Shown here in pieces: positions 39,777 through 46,700 of a stretch of 64,000 bases of DNA. The notes beneath the pieces were generated by a model that did not search any database, was not told the origin of the DNA, and saw nothing but the letters and a program-made list of their open reading frames with translations. The translations under genes and the position numbers were made by a program. Each line of letters starts with the position of its first letter. Within the stretch, counting starts at the first letter, position 1. This stretch comes from a virus (lineage: Duplodnaviria > Caudoviricetes). Where the stretch lies: positions 6,080 to 70,079 of the IMG/VR virus record IMGVR_UViG_3300005611_000014. One strand, written 5' to 3'.

Positions 39777-40396
39777 ATATCTATCTGCTCCAATACCCGC
39801 ATACTAAAATGATTCCCTGTATTAGTAAAAATGGCTAAAGCCCTATTGTTTATGTTATCTACTGTTACCTCAAAATAGTCACCTTCTTGTACGGAGAGTA
39901 CAGGACTAACGAGTAACGTACTTAAACCAGAACAGCGAGAGGAAACAACCCCTTTCGTGTATTCACCGTTTTTTGTAATAGAAAACAGATAATCGAATGC
40001 GCCACCTGATATAGCCAAACAAGCAGTAAGTTGAACCTTTGTAGCCCCTCTAGGGACATTTAATCTTTTTGCTGCAACACCAGACCAGCAATTAGCTGTA
40101 TCTGTTATAACTTTACCCCATTGCAAAGGAATGCACGTTATAATCCCGTATGCAAAATAAGAAACAGAGGCATCCGTAGGATGTTCATTCGCTCGTTGTA
40201 GATTTAAAGATGCACCTTTAAAACCTTCAGAGGGTTGGACTATTTTAGTTTGACCATTAAGTAGCTTGTTCACGTCTGATAATGTCGCCACACATTCGCC
40301 AGAACCATCAGCGTACTCAACAGGTAGAATATCACTAAGGCTTGGTGAGAATACAGGCTGCGCCTGCCTAATAGTAGTTAAAGCCTTGTTTGTCAT
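39773..40396 (-). CDS. C1q/TNF-like jelly-roll domain protein, paralogue of 37969-38589
   Basis: IPLQWGKVITDTANCW...KRLNVPRGATKVQLT and LVSPVLSVQEGDYFEVTV. Confidence 0.55.
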   Translation of the reverse strand: MTNKALTTIRQAQPVFSPSLSDILPVEYADGSGECVATLSDVNKLLNGQTKIVQPSEGFKGASLNLQRANEHPTDASVSYFAYGIITCIPLQWGKVITDTANCWSGVAAKRLNVPRGATKVQLTACLAISGGAFDYLFSITKNGEYTKGVVSSRCSGLSTLLVSPVLSVQEGDYFEVTVDNINNRALAIFTNTGNHFSMRVLEQIDI

Positions 40397-41781
40397 AGAA
40401 TTTTAAACCCATCTGTACCAGTTATTTGCATATCTCCTGCTAATAACCAAGCTTGTGTTACAGTTAGTTCGTCCAGTTGTGATCTACCTAAACGGGAACC
40501 AAATGGAGCAATTCGCCACGAACCATTTTTGTTAATGGGGTAGTAAGTAGTACCGTTTATAGTTAATTCTATCTGTGCAGTACTGTCATTAAGTAAGCCG
40601 AACAAGTCAGTATTGTCATCCCCTGTTACAAGGTCAGGGAATATAATCTCGAATACATCGAGCGTCCCACCACCGGATTCCACACTAGATGCTAAGTCTG
40701 GGAGCGCGTTCGTAATATGCGCACTTGTCCATGCAGACCATTCGCTCGCGTCTGCGCCATTCTTACCTCGAACGCGCCATCTGAAATCAGTATGAGCAGG
40801 CCATGTTAAAGCCATTTGAGATTGTGATAGGTTAGTAAACGATGTCACCACATTGGTAATCAGATTTTCTACTTCCACGTCCCATAAATCAGGTGCTACT
40901 TCTCCCCCACCTCCTCCTGTAAGAGAAGCAGTTAAACTACTTACAGTACCCGTATCTATAGCTACAGTGAGAGAAAGATCAACACTACCTTCTAAAGAGA
41001 CAGTTATTGCTTCAGCAACACCTGTATCGCTCGTATTTATTAATGTGGCAGTAACAGGAGTGTTATCTGCAAGGCTCTGGAAACTTTGCCAGCCTGTCCA
41101 TGCACTTGTTTTACCTGCATCAGCACCTTGTACCCGCCACTCATAATCTGTGGATTGGTTTAAACCAGTTAAGGTATAAAAGGTATCCGTAATTCCATTG
41201 ACCGCCGTAGCACCTTGACCTACAACACGCCATTCCAGATTGTAGGTTGAAGGTGTTAAGGGCGTAGCAACATGTACTTCACGGATTGCCGTAGCTGTAT
41301 TACCTGCGGCATCTGTTACTTGATACTGTATTTGATAAATACCTTGGGTATTATTATCAACAGTACCCGAAGTACTAATAGAACCTGTTAAGTCGCCATC
41401 GGTATCATCTGTAGCTGTTGCACCAAGTTCTGTATACGTATCACCTATCGGTAAAAGATAAGGATTAGCGCCTGTTATAGTAATAACCGGATCAGTAGTA
41501 TCCGTAACAACCTGAGCCGTTAATGTACCTGCCGTACTGGTATCCGTGGCGGCTGTTAAAGAAACAAATTGATCCGTTGCAGCAGACGTAGTAAAAGTAG
41601 TCCATGCTGACCACGCAGACCATGATAATGCACCACTTGTATCATCTACTTGACGTACACGCCATTGATGTTCTTGACTACCTGCTAAACCAGTAACAGC
41701 ATACTCGGTAGGACTAATGCCCGTATACCGAGTTACGCTGCCGCCTGTTTCTTTTATCTCAACGTGATACGTATAGGCCAT
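40393..41781 (-). CDS. Ig/FN3 repeat protein: three truncated FN3-like repeats with WSxW motifs, one DUF5011-type Ig domain, and DTSTA repeats
   Basis: HQWRVRQ...WSAWSAWTTF, YEWRVQG...SAWTGWQSF, FRWRVRG...SEWSAWTS. Also DTTDPVITITGANPYLLPIGDTYTELGATATDDTDGDL. Confidence 0.8.
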   Translation of the reverse strand: MAYTYHVEIKETGGSVTRYTGISPTEYAVTGLAGSQEHQWRVRQVDDTSGALSWSAWSAWTTFTTSAATDQFVSLTAATDTSTAGTLTAQVVTDTTDPVITITGANPYLLPIGDTYTELGATATDDTDGDLTGSISTSGTVDNNTQGIYQIQYQVTDAAGNTATAIREVHVATPLTPSTYNLEWRVVGQGATAVNGITDTFYTLTGLNQSTDYEWRVQGADAGKTSAWTGWQSFQSLADNTPVTATLINTSDTGVAEAITVSLEGSVDLSLTVAIDTGTVSSLTASLTGGGGGEVAPDLWDVEVENLITNVVTSFTNLSQSQMALTWPAHTDFRWRVRGKNGADASEWSAWTSAHITNALPDLASSVESGGGTLDVFEIIFPDLVTGDDNTDLFGLLNDSTAQIELTINGTTYYPINKNGSWRIAPFGSRLGRSQLDELTVTQAWLLAGDMQITGTDGFKIL

Positions 41782-41784
41782 CTA

Positions 41785-42516
41785 TCAATCCCAGTTAAGC
41801 AACGCGCCACTCGATGTGATGCTTTGAGTTTGAAGATTGGTAGGTATGCTAACGGTTTGTTGAGCAGGTGCACTTGTAGGAGCAGCATCACCATTTGTAC
41901 CAATAGCCAAAATATTAAATAACATTTTCGATTGGTTCTGACCGTATTTAATAGCTGCAGGGTAGCCAGTTGCAGGCTGAGAGCCGTTGGTTATGGCTTC
42001 AAAGTTCCAAGTCCCCGGTTCATTTGAAATCAAGTCACTTGCATGTTGCCAAAAACGACCATAAACGTTATTACCTGAAATCCTACCTCTGAATCCAGTG
42101 TGATTAGCGAGATTGACATCGGGCGGTATCGTATCAGTAGTTGTTGTTGTATAGGTTCCCCACTTGTTTCGAGTAACCACACCTCCTAGGCTTTGATACA
42201 AAATAGCCCAAGACGGAGTAAAGCCTATAGAAAGTGAAGGCCGAAACGACATACCAATTGAAACTTGACTATCTACGCTTGATGCTGCGATTTGCTGTAA
42301 CATCAATATTTCACAATCAGCAACAGGAGCAATGTCATTGAATGCTACTTGTGCGTGATTACCGCTATTCACACTACTCTGGAAAAACTTACTACCGCCT
42401 ATATCTACTACAGATAAGGCAGCAGCACCATTAAGATACAAGGTGTAGTCGTAACCTAACGTTTCAATGTCGGTAGTAACTGCAAAATCTTCCGCATTAA
42501 GCCAGTACTGAGCCAT
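41785..42516 (-). CDS. Beta-sandwich (lectin-like) protein ending in the first strands of an FN3 domain
   Basis: Beta-rich body with FRGRISGNNVYGRFW...EPGTW. C-terminus PTNLQTQSITSSGALLNWD. Confidence 0.55.
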   Translation of the reverse strand: MAQYWLNAEDFAVTTDIETLGYDYTLYLNGAAALSVVDIGGSKFFQSSVNSGNHAQVAFNDIAPVADCEILMLQQIAASSVDSQVSIGMSFRPSLSIGFTPSWAILYQSLGGVVTRNKWGTYTTTTTDTIPPDVNLANHTGFRGRISGNNVYGRFWQHASDLISNEPGTWNFEAITNGSQPATGYPAAIKYGQNQSKMLFNILAIGTNGDAAPTSAPAQQTVSIPTNLQTQSITSSGALLNWD

Positions 42517-42518
42517 AA

Positions 42519-42989
42519 TTAGCTACCTGTATAGAATGTGCCTGCATTAATATTTAAGTTATTGCCGTTAGTGGTTACTGAAATATCATGAGCAGTTAAT
42601 GGAATAAGTGTACTATCTGCTCCTGCTACATCAGGCGCATAACATAAGATAGCTTTACTTAGTGTATTATCTCCTGCGCCACCATCTCCTGCAGAAGCAA
42701 TCTGCAAAGCAGGTATAGCGGAATACTGAGTGTCTGTATTGTTATCTACAGTAGGTGCAGAAAGATCTGCATCAGTTAATACTATACGGGCGTAGTTTGT
42801 AAAATCTGCTTCGACACTTGATCCAGCTAAAATAGCAGATAGTGTTGCAAGATCTTGAAGCACCAAATCTGTTGCAGTAGTTTTAAGTAATACAACTATA
42901 ATACCGCTAGTTGCAGGATCGTTTGCTACAACACGATCTACGTAAGAGTTAACGCGACCTTTTGCAACATTAAATGTAATATTTGCCAT
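42519..42989 (-). CDS. Conserved phage hypothetical protein (MANITFNVAKGRV family, probably virion-associated)
   Basis: MANITFNVAKGRV...EADFTNYARIVLT...DSTLIPLTAHDISVTTNGNNL resembles a family I recall from tail regions of unrelated phages; not verified by search. Confidence 0.55.
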   Translation of the reverse strand: MANITFNVAKGRVNSYVDRVVANDPATSGIIVVLLKTTATDLVLQDLATLSAILAGSSVEADFTNYARIVLTDADLSAPTVDNNTDTQYSAIPALQIASAGDGGAGDNTLSKAILCYAPDVAGADSTLIPLTAHDISVTTNGNNLNINAGTFYTGS

Positions 42990-43051
42990 AGTAGTAGAGC
43001 CTCTGGTTTGTACTTAGTTTAGATACGTATCAACTTCATAGTATAAGTTAA

Positions 43052-43537
43052 TTATTTTCTTTTTAAAGCTTTATATTTAGTCTTAAGTAACCCTATCATA
43101 TTTTTTTCTTTATAGGCTTCTAAAAACTGTTGCCTTGGTGCTGCTTTATCAGGTAAAGCCAAATGAACCCATGAATTAAACTCAAGTATACACTGATCTA
43201 CTTCTTTACTAAGTTTACTGCTTTTTATAAAGATAGCTAACTCGTATGGAGTTATACCTGTAGCTGTTATGTCTACAGCTAACCCTCGTAAGTGTGCAGA
43301 GTTACGTGCACCACCTAATATACGATTTAATTTTTTACTCCTAAAGCCGCTACTTATCTGTATATACACTTCCCTGTTATAGTAGTTACATAAACTATTA
43401 CGTAAATGCTGTAAAAAGAAAGCTAACTTAATAATATTAGTTGTTTGTGTAGTATTAGGGCTATTATTTATATTGTGCTTGATAGCAGTACGGGAGTCAG
43501 TAAACTCCTTCTTTGTGAAATTTGTAGTTATTCGCAT
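43052..43537 (-). CDS. Endolysin, peptidase M15 (M15_3, Zn-dependent)
   Basis: NFTKKEF, ISSGFRSKKLNRILGGARNSAHLRGLAVDI (His and Asp Zn ligands), and ILEFNSWVHLA. Confidence 0.9.
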   Translation of the reverse strand: MRITTNFTKKEFTDSRTAIKHNINNSPNTTQTTNIIKLAFFLQHLRNSLCNYYNREVYIQISSGFRSKKLNRILGGARNSAHLRGLAVDITATGITPYELAIFIKSSKLSKEVDQCILEFNSWVHLALPDKAAPRQQFLEAYKEKNMIGLLKTKYKALKRK

Positions 43538-43550
43538 TTAGCTGATTCCA

Positions 43551-43793
43551 TTAAGGGATAAATAAATATTTTACTCCACACTCATTTAAACCCCAACCGT
43601 ACTCTCGGTAAGGGATAGAGCTTCTATGTTCGCAGAATGTACTAAATCTACTCATCTTATATTCCCCGCCTAGTATGCCTATTGGATTTGGGGCGTAAAA
43701 TTCTGGCGCATCTTGTTTCTCTAGGTGCATAGATACACCTCCGTAAAAGGTGCAGCCTTGAAGCAATACTATCAGGAGTAATATTTTTTTCAT
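43551..43793 (-). CDS. Small lipoprotein
   Basis: MKKILLLIVLLQGC lipobox, followed by amphipathic beta-strands and a terminal KYLFIP. Confidence 0.7.
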   Translation of the reverse strand: MKKILLLIVLLQGCTFYGGVSMHLEKQDAPEFYAPNPIGILGGEYKMSRFSTFCEHRSSIPYREYGWGLNECGVKYLFIP

Positions 43794-46700
43794 TTATCTG
43801 ACCATCTTGATATACGTTTCATGTTCGCTCGCACCAGAGGTCGGAAACAATACTCGACCCAAAACACGCTCATCATCGCTGCTTGTCCATGTTACTAAAC
43901 CTTTGTCTAGGTACGTACAGACATTTTGCCCTATAGCTGATGCTCCATAGATTTTCACTTTAGATATTCCTGCCGTGCATACTAGACAAGCGTAATGTGT
44001 TGAGTCATAGGCGCTAACATCTATAGGGTAGAATAAATCTGCCATCTCAGAATCAGGTATTCCCCCTATAGGCATTACCTTTTGTATAACACCAAAATGC
44101 TTTATGTCATACGTGCCATCAGGTAAATCCAGTAAAATAATAGGCATATCCGCCGTATTGGAATCATCAATGCCTGCTGCAATACATACTCGGTATTGCG
44201 CCTCCCCTCGTCTAGCAGACGCAGTGGCTCCGGGTAAAGTATCTATAATAGATTGAGGTATAAGTCCTGCATGAATGCCTCTAAAGCTACCATAACCGCC
44301 ATTCCTTGCATTAAACGCTAAGCCGCCAATAGTCTGACCTAGAACACCTGTTCCGTAGTCACTACTCCCTTTCATGCCTTGCATTTTTCCGTAACCAATT
44401 ACACCTTGTCCTCCCCATCCTGTGCTTTGAGAATATATACCTGACTTATCTATTCCTACCGTAGATACAGCCAAACCTCTACCCTCATAGGTTCCGCTTC
44501 CTATGACAGCTCCGTAGGTGATGCCGCTTAAACTTACGTTACCTATTTTTATATTTTGTTCAACGCCATTGCCGCTATCCCAATATCCTTCAAGTGAATT
44601 GGTGATAGAGTTTATTACAACTCTTTCAACGGAACCGGAGGCAGTTTGCAATGTACTGCCTGTAATTGTGTTACCGCTTATCGTTCCACCTGTAATAGTA
44701 GGTGAAGAAATTGATGTATTGGCCTTAACGCTTGTTGCTTCAATCGTTCCTTTAATTTCAAGCGTTGTTCCGTTCCATGCCAGATAATTATTTGCGTCAC
44801 CATTCAGGTAAAAGAAACCTTGGTTATCCATATAGGATTGCCATTGGCTTCCATCATAGTAACCCAAGTGAGTAGCTGTAATATTCAGTCCTTGTGTTGT
44901 TTCAGGAACTAATTGGTTCGGATAACCTAGTAATTCCTCTATAGTAGGTTCACTGCCATCTATAAGGTCTATCCTAGGTCTAGCATAAAATACTTCCGTA
45001 CTAGCGTTTGCTGCTGAAAGATCTACCCCCATTTGAAGGGTAGTTGTACTAGCTTGAAATTTATAATCCCCTAAAGATACTCCTTTTGCTCCTGTAGATT
45101 TTTCATAAAAGGTCGTATTACCTGTGTAACTGTTGAGCGTGGTATCTTTAGAAAGTACAGTAGTTACCAGCAAACACCACTCATCTATAGGTAAACTGAC
45201 CCCTTGTAGTGCACCGATCCATGTATGATTAGATGCTGTTTGGATATTTGTAACAGGAGTATTTATTCTAAGTCTAACTTGTCCGCTAGATACTGTTCTT
45301 TTAGCCCAGATACTTAGCCTATAAGATTTTGTATTATTTACATTAATAGTAGGTGTTAAAAACCCACCTAAAGAAGACGATCCTGTATAAACCGTTTTCC
45401 ACAGTATTTCTTCTACATTATGTGGCCCATTACCTAGTACACGAGATTGATTAGAAGAGGAAGTAAGAAATACAAAGTCACCTATATCTCCTGTTTGTCC
45501 TGCTTCCCATATAGAAGAATCTATTAAGTTATTTAGTAACAATGTATCTGAAGGTTGACCATTTATATTACTACCCCATGTTGCGCCTACAGTTGCACCG
45601 TCTGCAATACCTGCAAGCTTTGATCCTTCAAGTGCATTAATAGTACCTATAGAAGTAGGTTTATCAGTTAAGTTACCATAACCGTTACCGCTTGTTATGG
45701 TGATTCCGCCTTTAAAAGTAGCTGAACCATCTGAATATACGGCAAACTTCGTATCACCACTTTGCACTACACTCATTAAAGCGGTTTTACTGTCTAGTGT
45801 TTTGGCTCCAAGTACAGCAGAAGCACCACCACTTGTAGCAGTTAATGTGCCCGCTACAGTAATATTACCTGCTGCAAGTGTTCCGCCTACAATAGTAGGA
45901 GCAGTAATTGTAGTACTTGCTGCAATACTGGTAGCAAGTATGTCTCCTCTTACAGAAAGCGTTGAACCATTCCAAATTAACGAATTAGTACTACTGCCAT
46001 TATTAAGGTAGAAATGCCCTGCATTATCCATGTAGGTACGCCAAGTACCTGCATCTAAGTAACCCATACGAGTATTACTAACAAATAACCCTGTACCGGA
46101 AGGAGTTTCTAAAAAAGCGGGAATAGCGTCTAAATTTACGCCCCACTCTGCACCAACTGTAGCATTATTTGCAGGCTTACCTGTTCCGCTTACTTGGGTT
46201 GCCCAATCTGCTGTACTTGCTGTAGCTAAAGCACCCTGTCCTACTATTTTGTTTGCATCAATTAAAGCATCTGCATAATCTGCTACAGAACCTGGAAAAG
46301 AATAGCCTGTTAAGCTGGAAGTAAAGGTTATTGACCAATTATCTGCCCAGTTACTTATAGCTTGGTTTAAGTAACTAGCTTGGAAGTCTCTAACAGTTAC
46401 GTTAGGGTATTCCCAAACAGTAGTAGTTTCACCTATAACTATGCAACACTTTCCGCTAGGGTTAATACCAAATCTAACGCGATTATCTGAAGCAGTAGAT
46501 CCAGTTATTTGAGCAAATGTGTTATCCCACCTAGACGTAGCAGTTTTATTGTATCCACCTACAGCTAGAGTTAACGATTCACCTGTAGCATAGTTATATA
46601 CATCCACAAACATACGCATCATAGTGTTTGTCCATCCTTGCGGAAGATTCACTACAATAACTCCGTTTACTGCTCCTCCTGTATAAATACTTGCTCCTAC

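Noticed and set aside
41782-41787. Genome-wide stop codon reassignment as the explanation for the in-frame TGA TAG
   Set aside because: TGA and TAG end well-defined genes here (polymerase TGA, capsid TAG), and long ORFs are intact under the standard code.
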